Positions 36,027-50,635 are shown, numbered from the stretch's first letter. The stretch: DNA of 64,000 nucleotides from Hemiscyllium ocellatum (GCF_020745735.1 NC_083409.1:14727873-14791872); one strand, 5' to 3'. The notes: generated by a model from the sequence alone, not told the origin. Numbers and translations are program-made.

Positions 36027-36692
36027 AACAAAACTTGAGAGAGCTTGCCCAAGTCTGGTAAGGAGGACCGATTGGCAAACTTGAATAAAGACAAGAATGA
36101 AGAAAACATTAATGGACTGGTGTGTTCAGAGAGAAGGCATCCAAGGCAGCACTGGAGACAGACACCAAAATTAACGCTGATGTGTCTGTGTGTTCTTCCA
36201 GTACACAAAGGGAGGACTTTTCACTAAGTATCCACAAGAACTCCAACTCCTCTGTTGGGTTTACTGAACAGGGAAAAGCACCAACTCGAGACTCAATTTA
36301 AAGTACCATTCCTCGAGCCTCAATCTGAGGAATTTCATGAGGAGCACATGGACATTAAAGGAGAGGAACCCAAGGACAATCGTGAGGATAGTGAAGACTT
36401 TAACGGAGATGATCTGAAGAGCAGTGATTCAAAGGCCAATTCTTTGGTTGATATGATACTCTCTTCCTTTGTCAAGGATGCAATTGAACAATTGCAAGAA
36501 ATCACAAAGTCTGTAGCTGAAAAGGTTTGGCTCACTAATCAATGATTCCAGTTCAAATTGGATATTGAATCCTGGCCCAGGTCACCTTCCAAGGATCTAG
36601 AGGAGGAACACAAGACTGATATCCCATTGGACACATTTGAAAGTGATGATGATAAGGAGGAAGTATTATCTTCAGATCTTTGTCCTCGACCT
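36027..36692 (+). pseudogene. CEP350: CEP350-like large post-CAP-Gly exon, 5' part missing, disabled
   Basis: LLGLLNREKHQLETQ, SFVKDAIEQLQEI and DDKEEVLSSDLCPRP|GTAAGT match recalled human LLDLLTREKNQLEAQ, VFVKDTVNQLQQI and EDEKEEISSPDMCPRP. In-frame TGA at 36543-36545 plus upstream frameshifts. Confidence 0.85.
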
Positions 36693-37672
36693 GTAAGTAC
36701 CATGTTTTAACATACTTATAGGATTATCATTATTTCCCAGACAATATGTCAAAATACAACTCCACTTTTTTCAGCAACCTGTTGCAGGTCATCATTTTTA
36801 GAAATTATCCTGAGTGTTCCCCTTTCCCAAGGACCCTTTACCAAAAGACTATTGTGAGGAATATCTTGATAAATTGTGAAATAAATTTGTGGGTGATAAA
36901 ATCAAGCAGTGGGGGATATTCTTAAAATTTCTGGTGTCTACTTTGCCAATCAATTCTCGAAGTATGTGTGAGTAGCCTGATTATTTCTCAAGGGATTTAG
37001 TGACCATTTCCACTGTGTAATTATAGAGTTCAGAACTGAAAGATTGCTATTGAAATTCAAACCCTTTTCCTCCTGCACTTTTCTGACCTTTGGTTCAAGG
37101 AAGGCAGTGTTTTTAAAGAGGATCTTTGAAACTAAGTTTTGAATCATGCTTTTCAATCTCTGGCTTTTTTAGTGCACACACTGTTTTTCTAGCGTAGTGT
37201 TCTGAAGCAAAGTCTAGAGATTGAATGACCATCTGATTAGAAGAACAGAAGTGTTTATGGTTTGCACATATTAACATTCATTTGGACTAGTAGCATTTTT
37301 CATGAAAGTGTTTGACAGGTTCTCATACTGTCCATTTCTTTCTGAGCATTCAGTGTAGGAAATCACAGAAAGAGGAGCTTGGGTCACTTTGATTTGACAC
37401 AGCAACATCCTGACTAAACTGACACATGCTCTTCTGATTTGTCAATATTTGTGTTTACCTATAAAATGAATTCCATCATGTGTCTAAGTCATCAGACATA
37501 CTCTGAGATATAAAAAGAAGGTTCTCGTTTGTTTGTCTGCTGTTTTTATGCTTTGATTTCAAAGTTTATTAAAACCATGTATTGTTCATTAATGTTTTGA
37601 AATGAATTTCATCACTTTTGTTCCTGACCTTCAGTTTATAGATTGACCAACAGTTTGTGTACTTTGCAACAA

Positions 37673-38051
37673 GGCGGCCTGATGTTTGGCTCACGTGGGC
37701 AGGAAGAATTGGCCAAACACCTGGCAGAGTTGGAATTGAGTCGTGAGATGCTCGATGACCTGGTAGATGACCAAGATTGATTTGATGAGGACTTTGGGCT
37801 GCGCTTTAGCAAAGTGCAGCAGCCAGTGCAGGAGGCCCAGTCTACGAAGGATATGCCTCTCAAAATCCAAAGGGAACCTCATTTTGCTGTACATCATGAT
37901 GCTTTAGAGGTTGAGATGATGGTTCATGCAGCGGCTGAGGAAGTTGCAGGATCTTGGCCACGATCCAGGAGATCTACAAATACTCCCAGACTATCTTGAG
38001 AATAATAAATGGAAAGATGTAGAGAGTGTGAGCAAAAGAGTTTCTTGTGAG
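37673..38051 (+). pseudogene. CEP350: CEP350-like C-terminal exon, disabled
   Basis: GQEELAKHLAELELSRE..DDQD*FDEDFGL with a Trp->TGA change at 37778-37780, a later frameshift, and a GTGAG donor at 38052. Confidence 0.9.
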
Positions 38052-39422
38052 GTGAGATCCAGCTTTTGCATTTGAACACAAACTTATTTTTTCTCAGATA
38101 AACAAGAAAGCTATGGGTTAATAGTGCTCCACAGCAGCTCTGATTGGTGATATGTATAACAGAGCATGTTAAAAACATTCTGATGACTGCATTGAATTCA
38201 ATTTACCATTTGCCCCTTCTCTAAAAGTCCAAACCACTTTCTCCTCCACTGTTTGTACTCTCCCATTATTAATTTAGCATCATCATCATCATCCTGTTAT
38301 TCATTAAATCCTATCTGTCACAACTTTGCCCACTCTGAGAATCTATATTTTCTGTTTCTATTTACATAATATATGGTGTCTCTTCCAGTCACTCATTTTT
38401 TTTTAATTCTTCTGTATCATCTCTATTTTTCCATTGGTTGATAATATACTATGTAGTTATTAATCATCTTCTTAAAACTCTCCAGAATCTTATCTTCCAC
38501 AGGTCACTCCATAATTTTCAGATGAAGAAAGCCTTAAAGGTTGCACTTTTCAGTCTGAATTTGTGCTGTGTTGAGGTTCCCAAAATTGACCAAAATATTC
38601 TAAGATCTTATGCAACTTAATGTGGCTTAAATTGTTTGTGTGCAGTTGGAAGAGCCAGGTTTCTTTTAATGGCCATATCTATCACTTTAAATGGCCTGTA
38701 TGTTTGAATACTTTGTGGCATTTTTCTCTGATCTGATTAGGATCTTACAATTTCAGGTGTAATTCCTTTTCTTATCCACTCAATGTATTACTTCATCTCA
38801 CTCTTAACTTCAGGAACTGAAGTTAAGATGAACTCATCTGTTAAACTGAGAATGATTTGACCTTCCTGAAATGCTGGGTCCGCTGTATGAATCCACGTCA
38901 GCCCCAATGTTTATGGTGAGACTTCCCACAGCGCTGATCTAGAGTTGTCTGCCTACAGTTTATTATAAAGGTGGAACATTTTTGGAATTTGACTGAGCAG
39001 AAGCCTCTTAGAAGATGCTGTTGGCAAAGTGCTGAACCATGTAATGCAATGAATCGTTAGGTGAATAATTAATCATTTCTCAGTCTCCGTCTGAGGCAAA
39101 GTAAAATGTCAAACCTTCTCGCAGTCTGGGAGTGTTGCATATTCCCTTTAAGTTGTTTTGAATATGCTTTTGGATCTCACTGATTTTGTTCACTTCAATT
39201 ATCATTACGTTTTCAAGCATTCCGTAGATTTTTGTTCAATAGAACATGCTTTGAGTTTCATCCAATTTTACATCATTCAGAATGGGGGAAAGAGTCCAAA
39301 GGCTCAAGTGTCAAAGGCTTCACTGAGCAGTTTTGGGCAAGGGTAATGGATTGTGGGTTGTTTTGTCTGTGTATTTAGGGTGTGTGCAACAACTGCCATT
39401 TCTCCTGGGCTTCTATCCACAG

Positions 39423-39545
39423 ATCTTCATTTCTAATGAGGCTATGAAGTTGTTTGGATTCTACCAAGAGCAATATCAGAAGACAGACTGTCAGAAGATG
39501 AAGACATTTGACAGGAGAAAACGTGATTGTATGGACCATATTTTG
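39423..39545 (+). pseudogene. CEP350: CEP350-like penultimate exon
   Basis: CAG|IFISNEAMKLFG..KTDCQKMKTFDRRKRDCMDHIL|GTAAGT, compared with recalled KTDWQKMMKFGRKKRDRVDHIL. The terminal exon was not found. Confidence 0.88.
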
Positions 39546-39858
39546 GTAAGTGCTTCAGTTTAGCAACTGTTCAGTTTTATATTGTACCACTGCATCATGA
39601 TTATGAACACTGCGTCCTACATCTGAATTTTCTATTATTTCAAATGATAAAGGCTTTATCTTCAACTTTGTGGTTGAATTGAAAACTTGTCCTCACTGCA
39701 GTAATTCGCTGAAAATCAAGGCCTACTTTTTCTTAGTTGCCACAAAAGTTTTTTAAAAATTCAGAAGTACTTTGAATTCAGTGCAGTTGGCAAAGTAGTG
39801 TCATGTGTACTTCTTTAAATCCCAATGTTTGATTTCACTTTCTCTCGATGTTTCTTTG

Positions 39859-39996
39859 TCGTATGGTGAATTTGTGAAGAAGACCGAAGCTGAACTCAGT
39901 AAAGATCTTGATGTTGCCAGCTCAACCTCCACCAAACCGCAGATTAAAACTCTGTACTCCACTGCTTCTGAGAAGCTAAACTGCTGTCTCTGCAGA
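39859..39996 (+). pseudogene. CEP350: Out-of-order CEP350-like middle exon remnant
   Basis: SYGEFVKKTEAELSKDLD..TKPQIKTLYSTASEK, compared with recalled SYDEFIKKTEAELSQDLE..AKPQIKTLSSASEK. No clear acceptor. Confidence 0.85.
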
Positions 39997-40479
39997 AGTA
40001 CTTTCAGTAATGGATGTTAATTGTGTGACCTTATGAAGGGATGCCTCTTGTATTTCTCTTTTATACCCTAGTGGGACCCCTTTTGTCCATATTAGTTGGT
40101 GATTAAATGTTTCTTGAGTGAAGGAGAGCAGTACTTTTGCAGTGATTTTACAGCAGGGAAATGTGCCTTTTGGCCCAACAGACTCGTGCAGTTATTTAGT
40201 CTCCATGCGAGTCTACTCCCACTTTGTCTCCTCCCATCACTGCGTCCTTCTGTATGTTTCTCCCAGAGGTACTTATCCAATTTCCCCTTAAACACATTCA
40301 TGCTATTCAACTGAAGCATTCCAGGTACTAGCAAGTTTCATGTTGTCACCTTTCTCCGGGAAGAATGTTTTGTTTTGAATGTCTGATTTGATCCATTAAT
40401 GTTAACTTCCTGTTCGGGTCAGCTACGCAAGTGAAAACATTTCTCCCTCCATGTAGTTCAAGCACCTTCATTTTTAAAG

Positions 40480-40950
40480 TTCTCTATCAAATCTAATTTT
40501 CAAAATTCTCTGTCCAATCACTAGCTTATACAGTTGATGGTCGGTTCCTGGGTGTGTTGCTGCACAAAGAGACCTCAGGATGCAGGTGTATAGTTCCTTG
40601 AAAGTGGAGTTGCAGGGAGAGAGTGTGGTGAAGAAGGCATTTGGCATGCTTGCCTTCATCGGTCAGAACATTGCCTGTAGTGATTGAAGTGTTACGTTGC
40701 AGCTGTACAGGACATTGGTGAGGCCTCGTCTAGAATACTGCATACAGTTCTGATCGCCTTTCTATAGGAAGGATGTTAAACTTGAGAGGTTGCAGAAAAG
40801 ATTTACAAGGATGTTGCCGGGGCTGAGTTACAGGGAGAGGCTGAATAGGCTGAAGCATTTTTCCCATCGAGCATTGGAGACTGAAGCGTGTTTGTAGAGG
40901 TTTATACAATGAAGAAAGGGCATGGATAGTGTAAATAGTCAAGATCTTTT
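40480..40950 (+). mobile_element. CR1-type LINE fragment
   Basis: LKVELQGESVVKKAFGMLAFI..LYRTLVRPRLEY motifs. Confidence 0.8.
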
Positions 40951-40954
40951 TTTT

Positions 40955-42690
40955 CTCTCATCGTCTGCATAGGGAGTGATTTGTGATCCTCAAATCCCAC
41001 CGTCGGTGCCATTGTTTCAGGGTCTTTTTGGACAGCCTCCGCCAGTGCTTCAAGTACAAAGATAAACAGTAGCAGTAACAGAGGACATCCCTGTCAGCTG
41101 CTCATCCCCACATGAAAATTGCTCGATTTAACCCCATTCTTTATATAACACTGCCAATCACCTGGTGAAGGCCCTTCCTAGACAAAAACAATCTAGAACA
41201 GCAAAGAGATTCGACCATTCTACCTGATCAAAAGCCTTTTCTGCCGCCAGGGAGACCACCAAACCCGGAATCATTCTTTGCTGACATAGTTGTACTGTGT
41301 TCAATACCTGCCTGATGTTGTTGGAGGAGCTGCAGCCCTTGATAAAACCGTCTGCTCCTCTTTTATAATAACAGGCAGCACCTTCTCCAGGCTCAGAGCT
41401 AACACCTTTTGATAGAATTTTAAAATCCATGTTCAACAACGAGATGGGTCGATACAATGTACAATCCTGAGGGTCTTTTCCTTTCTTTAAAATAAGTGAT
41501 ATTAGCTTCTGTAAGAGAGGGCAGAAGACAGTCCTGGCCATAGGAATGACTAAACAGCTCCAGCAGCGGTTCAGCTGACATGTGTATGATCTCCTTATAA
41601 AATCCACATGGGAATCCATCTGGACCAGATGCCTTACCACTTGGAGCTGCCTTACCACCTCTTGTACATTTAAAAGGGAGGTCTGATCTGCGTTTATACC
41701 AGGGAGGTCCACGTTTTCAAAAAAGGATTCCATTCTCACTTCTCCATCCCCACAGCCCTCTGACCGGTATAACTCTGCATTGAACTCCCGGAATCTGGCA
41801 TTGAACTTCCTCAGTTCACAAGTGACCTTGCCAGTTCTCTCCCTGATAAACACAATGGACTGTGGAGTATTTTCCTTCATAGCCAGGTAAGCCAGGGATC
41901 TACCTGGCTTATCCCCATATTTAATCAGCCTTTGCATTGCAAAGGAAACCCCTCTCTTTGCCACTTGTGTGAGCATTGAGTCCAGAGCAGCCCGGAGAGC
42001 CGTGACCCATTGCAGTTTGATCCCGGATGGTCTGGGATAATATGCTGATTTGGCTGCCTTCAGCCAGGCCTCCAGTATCAGCTGCTGCTGTCCTCTCTGC
42101 CTCCTTCTCATTGTCAAGTGTAAAATTGGTGGTCTCCCAGAGAACTGATGGGTTACTGGCTGTAGCCTGATTGAAGACCCAAAAAACCCTGAACTCCCTT
42201 GTGATATACTGTACAAAGTTGTCATCCTTCAACAGAAATGGATTTGTGTCATGTGTCTCCTACACTACCTTTGATCTTAACATCTAAATAGACTGCTGCA
42301 TGGTCTGAAATAGTTATGTTCCCAATCCTGCAGGCTAACACCAAGTCCAAACAAACCGACGGAACAAAGAACATTTCAATTCTTGTGTGGCACTTGTGCG
42401 GGTTGGAGTAAAAGGTAAAGTCCCTCCCATTTGGGTGGGGGCACCTCCACACATCCACTCGCCGCAACTCCTCACACAAGTCCACTAACTGTCTAGTCTG
42501 CAGAGGTGTACCTGACAGCCGCCTTGGCATCCTGTCCACCCCAGGATCCACGAGACAATTAAAGTCTCCTTCTATAAATATATGGCATACCCCAGGAGCC
42601 ATTAATTTAAAGACTGCATCAACTAAAACTTTGAGAGGATGCACCAGGGGGCAGTAAATCGCTAGCCATGACCGCACACTACAGCCCGCA
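40955..42690 (-). mobile_element. Degenerate L1-clade LINE ORF2 (APE plus RT)
   Basis: GDFNC, DVWRCPHP and ISDHAAV in 42249-42677; YRPISLLNMDFKILSK and EKAFDQVEW in 41158-42225; YADD near 40960-40972. Confidence 0.9.
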
Positions 42691-43204
42691 GTCCCCCGAG
42701 AGGAAGAAGCTCATTCAATGTGTGACAAGTGAGAAAAAAAAGGCTTCATCAAATCTAAATGATTTGTCCTTCAACTGATCTCATGACTTAAATGGGGAAT
42801 GGTGTCTCTTCAGTTAGGTGATTCAAATCCACCAAATCAATTGTCACGTATGCACTCCTTCCATACCAAAAGGATATGTGGATAAAATAGTAGCATGTCT
42901 TGCACTGATTTATTTCAAGATTCCTTTATTCAGTCATATGCTGAAGCTAATCAGTCCAACTTTCTTGTGTTCCCCTTGGATCTGTGGTTGTGCATAAGGA
43001 AATTTCCACATGTCCCCTTAAACAATGTGTGAGTCAACATAACAGTTGTGTTGAATCAATAATTGTAACCCAACTCTGCTCCTTGGGCAGAAAACTAATC
43101 CAAGGATTCTAGCTCAGCCTTTAACTTCATGTTCAAGTTCTAAATCTTTCAGTAAGCAATGGAAAATAACAAAGAACAATGTAAATCATTTACTGTCTCT
43201 CCAG

Positions 43205-43398
43205 ACTCTGCTTCTCTTGCCACTGAGTACTCCCTTAGGTTCGATGAGGCAATGACTGAAGATGATATTGAAGAGAAATCCTTCCATCTCCTGCCATCAG
43301 AGAGCCATCGCTGCTTTAACATGGGGAAGAAACGCAGCCAGCAGTATGATTCCGATGAGGACATACTGCAGGATCAATCGGCTTCAATAGCTGTCAAA
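43205..43398 (+). CDS. CEP350: CEP350-like middle exon A (open frame)
   Basis: CAG|(D)SASLATEYSLRFDEAMTEDDIEEKSF..LLPSESHR..|GTGAGT; phase 1 to phase 0. Confidence 0.8.
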
Positions 43399-45111
43399 GT
43401 GAGTTCTCCCATGGGTTCGCCAAGGGTGAGTGGTGGAGCCAGTTAGTGGGATCTCAGTGTTTGGGTTAGTTGCTCCTCTCCATGTTCTAGGTATCTTGCT
43501 ATGAGATTCAGATGTAGAGGATGAGGAGCAGATGGGGCAATGAGTGTAAGGCAAGTGTTGGGCAGGGGCTGCTTTTTTTGAAAAAAGAAATACCACTCAC
43601 TAACAATGTTGCCAGAGTTTATAAATCTTGAAGAGGAATAAATCTTTTCCATTGTTAATCTTTGTGATTGAGTTACCATGTAGTGAAGACGGAGATTAAT
43701 ATTTATTGGGATTCCTTGCTCACCTAGTCAGGTAAACAAACTAAATTTGACTGCTAAGAATGTTCCTAAATTTACAACTTTCTACTGTACATTAAAGGTA
43801 GGAGTAGTAAGATGCAAAAGACAAGTGGAGCTTGCAGAGGAATTTGATTTGAACGAGATATTTGTGCAGATAATAAGAGATATTCTAATTGGAAGGATAT
43901 GGTTGGTGATATTCTGCATGGATCTATGTTGGTGCCCTATCTATTCACGATTCATAATGAAAGGAAAGCCACATTCAAAATTTGGGGCCTCTCTCCAGAT
44001 TAGCAGCGATCTCGAGTGTCAGTAGATGGAAGCATAAAATCAGAAAGCAATCTTGATAGATTAAGTAAATGAAAAATCTATGGATGAGTTTGATCGGCAA
44101 GTGAGAGTTTGGATCAAAATAGGATATTTCTTGATTGTGGAAATTGAGACACAGTGGAGTTCAAAGGAACTTGGGGGTGATCCAGCTGTATATAGTTCAT
44201 GAAAATGTCACAAACAGGCTCAGAAAAGTGATCAAGGGACCAGTGGAATGTTGGCATTTATGTCCAAAGAAGACTCGAAAACAAAGGATTAGAAGTCATG
44301 CTTCAGCAATTCAAAACCGAGTCCGACCAAGTCGTCAGGGCTGGGCACCATGGCTTAGGAAGAGTATCACTCTTAGTGGAAGTGCAATGTAGACTAACTG
44401 AAGTGATACTTGGGCTCCGAGGCTTAATTTAAGAAGAGAGATTAAATAGATAACATGTTAGAGTCAGAACATTGAGGTGTGATATTATGGAACACTTTTA
44501 CACACAGAAATGGATGAAGTTTGAAACTCCCTTCCACAAACAGTGATTGATTTGAAATCAGTTACAAATTTTAAATCTGAGATTGGTAGATTTTTAACCA
44601 AAATGCTGAAGGATTATGGGACAAAGACAGGGATTTGTCATGATGTTGAAGATTACCATGATTTGGGTGAATGGTGGAATAGGCTCAAGACACAAAATAG
44701 CCTCCTCCTGTTCTGATGTTGGTGTAACCATGACACCCTTATTCTCTGTATGTATAACTCCTATTCTGTTTTTGGTTATTTATCAGAACCTGGCAGCAAA
44801 TTAGAAATTGGAGTCCTGACCAGAAAATTATCAGTATGAGGGACTTTGCCAGTCTTAATGTGTTTCACAGATGATGAAATGAGACAGTCAGCATTTACTC
44901 ATCCTGATAAATATTGGGATAGTTTGATGGGATCACTTGTGATGCAGCACGATTGGCATATTTGATGCTACTCCAACTACTTTTAATTGTTGTTGTTGTT
45001 GTCTGCACTCAGTCCTGAGGTTTTGTGGATTACAGGACAAATTTTGCTTGGGTCAGGGGAAGCAGATCACCTCACTCTGTACTGTTTGTCCTCCTGTCTT
45101 TCACTGTTCAG

Positions 45112-45299
45112 CATGATTTGAGCATGCCCTTCTCTGGAGGTCAAGACAGTTTCTGTAAATTCACCATGGAGATGGTGCGACAATACGTGGAGGAGGAGGA
45201 GACGCGTGCACAGCACCAGGTGTCACTCCTCAAACTGAGAGAACAAGCCATGAAGGAAAAGACCAAAGCAGAACTGGCCTGGTTGGAGCACCAGAAAAA
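45112..45299 (+). CDS. CEP350: CEP350-like middle exon B (open frame)
   Basis: CAG|HDLSMPFSGGQDSFCKFTMEMVRQY..KEKTKAELAWLEHQK(K)|GTGAGT; phase 0 to phase 2. Confidence 0.85.
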
Positions 45300-46859
45300 G
45301 TGAGTAGCCGACCTATGCAGTGATGTTCAGCTGAATAGCCTTTCAAAAATGCAATGTAAGAATGTGCAGATCCTTCCAGTAATCCTTTCCGGAGAAGGGG
45401 GAAAGCTAGTGTCTTTTCTCATTGCAGTCTGGCTGTTGTGCAGAATCTAGGTATTCACGTCATCTTTCCCCTTATCACTGTTTGGATTGAGTAGAATTAA
45501 TGCAATTTTGACTCTTTTTTTTCATATTTTTAAGTTTGTTCTTTGAATTTGGGATGTTTGCGGTAATGCTGGTATTTATTTACTATCCCTCATTCTTGAA
45601 ATGGTCATGGTGGTGAGCTGCCTTGAGCTACTGCAGTCTGCTTGGTCAATATAAACGTATCAACTCGCAAGTGCTGTTAGGTTTGGAGTTCAGGGCTCTG
45701 GAACAGATTGATGCAAGACTGTTGTCCTAACCCACAGGTCAGGATTTGAAACAAATTATTTCAGTGGATTTCTTTGCTGCTGTTAAGGCCAAGATTGTTG
45801 TCCATCCTTCATTGCACTTGGGAAGGTGATAGTAAGTCATTTCCTCAAACATCTGCAGTTCACCTGCTACAGGTACGACCACAATGCTCACAGGAAATGA
45901 GTACCTGGGGTTTTGGTCCAAGAGTAGTGAAGGAATGGTATATTGCTAAGTCAGGATGTTGTGTGGCTTGGAGAGAAGCTTACAAGTCATGGTGTTACAT
46001 GTTATATACTCTCTGTGCCCTCTTAGGTGGTAGAGGTCAGAGGCTTTGAAGGTGCTGTTGAAAGAATTGAGTGAGTTCCTGCAGTGCATCATACAGTGCA
46101 CATAGCTCTCATTGTTTATTGGTGAATGTGGTGCTGATCAAGCAGGTTGCTATGTTCTATTTGATGTTATGTTTCTTGGGCATGTTCTGGGGAGACAGGA
46201 AGTGAGTTACTTAGTGAAGAATTTTCAGCTTCTGACCTGGTTTTGTTGACCCAGTATTGTATAGCTGATACGGTTCAGTTTCAGGTCGAGGGCAACTCTA
46301 ATGTGATAATTGTGAGGAAAGCAGTGATGATAATACCACTTCACATCAAAAGGATTGCAAGAGATGGTCAATGCTTGGTAGGTATGGTGTGCATGCCATC
46401 CATGCTGCCATAATACTGTAGTCACATATGCCATACTAGTTGTGGGCAGAAGATTTCCTCCTTCAAAGTCCCTCCATGAATTATTTGGGTTTTTATGGCT
46501 GCTCAACATCTTTGTGGACACTTTTACTGACACCAACCTTTTATTTCCAGATTTTCTTTTAAAATACCCTTATTGATTTTGTGAGCATAAACAATATCTT
46601 GTTGAAATAAATTTTCTCCTGATTGAATATGACAAGCATGGAGGGGCAGTACAGTTATAAAATATTAAGAAGAATTTGCTGTTTAACAAAATCTTAAACC
46701 CTGATCATTCTCTTTCTGGTTTAGTTGCTAATTCAGCAGTGGTGACACTGAGATCTACTTGGGCAGATTTATCCAAGTTTGTCTGTAAATTCCAGCATCA
46801 TTATACCATGTGTTGCGAGCTGTGGTTTACTAAAGAAGTTGAATCTCTTGTCAAGAGAA

Positions 46860-48720
46860 AGAAAAGGCTTATTGAGGCGTGAAGCTCAGTTAGGGAGCTT
46901 GAGAGTTACAAGTTAGTGAGGAAAGACCTAAAGAGAGAGCGAAGAAGAGCCAGGAGGAAACATGAAAAATCACTGGCAGACAGGATCAAGGAAAACCATA
47001 CAGCTTTCTATCAGTATATCAGGAAGAAAAGAATGACGAGAGAGATCAGGGCCAGTCAAGGATAGTTGTGGGATGTTGTGCATGGAGTCCGAGGAGATGG
47101 GGAAGCATTAAATGAATATTTATTTGTTAGTATTCACACCGGAAAAAGATAGTCTGCATCGCAGTATTCTCCTCGACAACACTATCAGACTAGACGGGAT
47201 TGAGGTTCATCAGGAGGTGTTAGCAATTCGATAAAGTGTGAAAATAGGTAAGGCCTCTCGGCTGGATGGGATTAATCCGAGGATTCTCTGGGAAGCCAGG
47301 GAGGAGATTGCAGAACCTTGAGCTTTGATCTTTGTTGTCATTGTCTACAGGAATAGTACCAGAAGACTGGAGGATAACAAATGTTGTCCCCTTGTTCAAG
47401 AAGGCGAGTAAAAACAACTCTGCTATTATAAATGACTGAGCCTTATTTGGTTGTGGGTAAAATGTTGGAAAAGGTTATAAGAGATAGGATTTATAATCAT
47501 CTAGAAAGGAATAAGTTGCTAAGCGATGGTCAACACAGTTCTGTGAAAGTTAGTTCGTGTCTTACAAATTTTATTGAGTTCTTTTAGGAACATGGATGAG
47601 GGTAATGCGGTTGATGTGGTGTACATGGATTTCAGTAAGGCATTTGATAAATTTCCCACTGTAGGCTATTGCACAAAATACAGAGGCATGGGATTGCGGG
47701 TGATTTAACTGTTTTGGATCAGAAATTGGCGAGCTGAAAGAAGACAGAGTGTGGTAACTGATGGGAAATGTTCAGTAATGAGTAATATACCGCAAGGATC
47801 TGTTTTGGGTCCACTGCTGTTTGTCATTTTAATAAATGACCCAGATGAGGGCATTGATGGATGGGTTAGTAAATTTGTAGATGGCATGAAGGTCAATGGA
47901 GTTGTGTATAGTGCTGAAGGGTGTTGCTAGGTTTCAGAGGGATATAGATAAGCTGCAGAGCTGGGTTGAGAGGTGGCAAAAATGGAGTTTAATGCAGAAA
48001 AGTGTGAGGCGATACAGCCAAGAAGGAGCAACAGGAATAAGGAGTACTTGGTAAGATTCTTGGTAGTGGAGATGTGCAGAGAAATCTCGACGTCCATGTA
48101 TAGATCCCTGAAAGTTGCCACCCAGGTTGATAGGAAGGCAATACCATACGGTGAGTTAGCTTTTATTGGTAGAGGAATTGAGTTTCAGAAGCACATAGTC
48201 ATGCTGCAGCTGTACAAAACTCTGGTGCGGCCAAACTTGGAGTATTGCGGCAGTTCTGGTCACTGCATTAGAGAAAGGATGCGGAAGCTTTGGAAAGGGT
48301 GCAGATGTTACCTGGTATGGAGGGAAGGTCTGATGAGGAAAGGCTGAGGGACTTATGGCTGTTTTGATTAGAGAGAAGAAAGTTGAGAGGTGATTTAATT
48401 GAGACATATAAGATAATCAGAGGGTTAGATAGGGTGGACAGAAAGCCTTTTTCCACATGAGGTGATGGCTAGCACGAGGGGACATAGCTTTAAATTGCAG
48501 GGGGATAGATATAGGACAGATGCCAGAGGTAATTTCTTTAGTCAGAGTGGTAAGGGTGTGGAACACACTGCCTGGACTCATCAACTTTAAGGGCATTTGA
48601 ATGGTCATTGGATAAACATACAGATGAAAATGGAATAATGTAGGCTAGATAGGCTTCAGATTGGTTCTACAGGGGGTCGGTGCAACATGGAGGGCCGAAG
48701 AGCCTGCACTGTGCTGTAAT
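46860..48720 (+). mobile_element. CR1-type LINE, 5'-truncated and degenerate
   Basis: VYMDFSKAFD, IPQGSVLGPLLF and LVRPNLEY motifs, followed by the 3' tail. Confidence 0.88.
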
Positions 48721-48766
48721 ATTGTATGTTCTATGTTCATGTGACTTTGCCATGTTCTCTAACCAG

Positions 48767-48854
48767 ACACCTTCGAGACAATGGGGAAGATGACAAGATG
48801 CCATCCATCCGAAGGAGACAACGTGGGCTTCTGCTCAGGCTGCAGCAGGAGCAG
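48767..48854 (+). CDS. CEP350: CEP350-like middle exon C (open frame)
   Basis: CAG|(K)HLRDNGEDDKMPSIRRRQRGLLLRLQQEQ|GTATGA; phase 2 to phase 0. Confidence 0.85.
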
Positions 48855-49879
48855 GTATGACTCACTGAATGCCAGGGAAAATGTTGGGCTATCACTAATA
48901 CTTCATAAATGAACATGTTTCCCCAAGGTTCCGATTTGTTGCAAACCTTTTTTATATGGCAATCCAGCTTTTCCTTGAAATGCCAACAACAAATGCTGCT
49001 GTATGTAATGGATATGCTCGGCCTAGGGATACATTTCCATGCCATGGTGTTTCTGAAGCCAGTTCTCCTACTGGCAATACTTTGCTCTGATTATCCTCAG
49101 TAGTGCACATTAAGGGAAGGATAATGAACCAAACCTTGAGAAGAATGATTGTACAATGAGGCCACAATACTTTTAATGCTACTTGTATTTTGAATTTGTT
49201 AATTTTCCCCACCTTATCCCTCCATGTGAAAGAAATGAGCTACCTGCTGTTATTGCAATGGATGAGCTCTCACACATACAAATGAGCAGATTCTAGCTCT
49301 CGCTGGTTGCCAAGTGCCCTGGATTTGTCTTTAATTTATGATGTTAATGGAAGGGATGCAACATTTATTGCCATTTAAACGTTTTATTTTTCACCCTTGC
49401 TTTCCCCCTTGCCCTCGTATATTTTTAAAAAAACTGCTGACAAGACATGGGATTGCTGATTAGGAGATCATTTAGTTTGGATTTCTAATTGCTTTGGAAA
49501 AGGTGGTGAGCTGCTGTCATGATCCTGGTTAAAACATTGTCCTGTCTCTTTGTTTCATCTGACTTTGTCCTAAGGCCACTTTATGGTTTTCCCTTTGTCT
49601 TGTTTTCTTCATGAATTGCAAATTTGAAGTTTGAGACAGAGATTACGAGCCAAGCCAAATTACATCACTACCACGAGTTGGAACACAGTGAAATTGAGAT
49701 ATTAACTAACTCTCAAAATTGCTCAATTGTTCCTAACCTGACTTCAGAAATAACAGATCTTGGACACCAAGGTTAGAACTTAAACAAAAACAAGCAACTT
49801 TAACAGAACGCAGATGAATTCCAAGGAAATCAAATCAGGATGTACAATGTGAACTCCATCTGCTTTGAACATTTACCCG

Positions 49880-50635
49880 ACTTACATAGAACATTACAGC
49901 GCAGTACAGGCCCTTCAGCCCTCGATGTAACGCCAACCTGTGAAACCAAACTAAAGCCCATCTATCCTACACTATTCTATAATCATCCACATGTTTATTC
50001 AATGACCTTTTAAATGCTCTTCAGGTTGGTGAGTCCACGACTGTTGCAGGCAGTGCGTTCCACACCCCTACCACTCTGAGTAAAGAACCTACATCTGACA
50101 TCTGTCCTATATCTATCACCCCTCAATTTACAGCTATGTCCCCTCATGCTATCCTTCTGCACTACCCACAACTCCACTGACTTTCGTGTCATCCACAAAT
50201 TTACTAACCCATCCTTCTCCGCCCTCGTCCAGGACATTTATAAAAATGAGAAGCAGCAGTGGCCCAAAAACCAATCCTTGCGGTACACCTTCTAGTAACT
50301 GAACTCCAGGATGAACATTTCCCATCAACCACCATGTCTGTCTTCTGACAGCTAGCCAATTTCTGATCCAAACCGCTAAATCACCTGCAGTCACATGCCT
50401 CTGTATTTTGTGCAATAGCCTACAGTGGGGAACCTTATCACACGCTTTACTGAAATTCATATACACGACACCAATCCGTATCCACCTGTTTGGTCACCTT
50501 CTCAAAGAACTCAGTAAGGTTTCTGAAGAATGACTGCCCCTTCACAAAACAGTGTTGACTATCCTTAATCAAATTATTCCTTTCTAGATTATTACAAATC
50601 CTATCTCTTCTAATCTTTTCCAAAGCTTTGGCCAC
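49880..50635 (-). mobile_element. CR1-type LINE fragment
   Basis: YMNFSKACDKVPH and VPQGLVFGPLL..FVDDTK motifs. Confidence 0.85.
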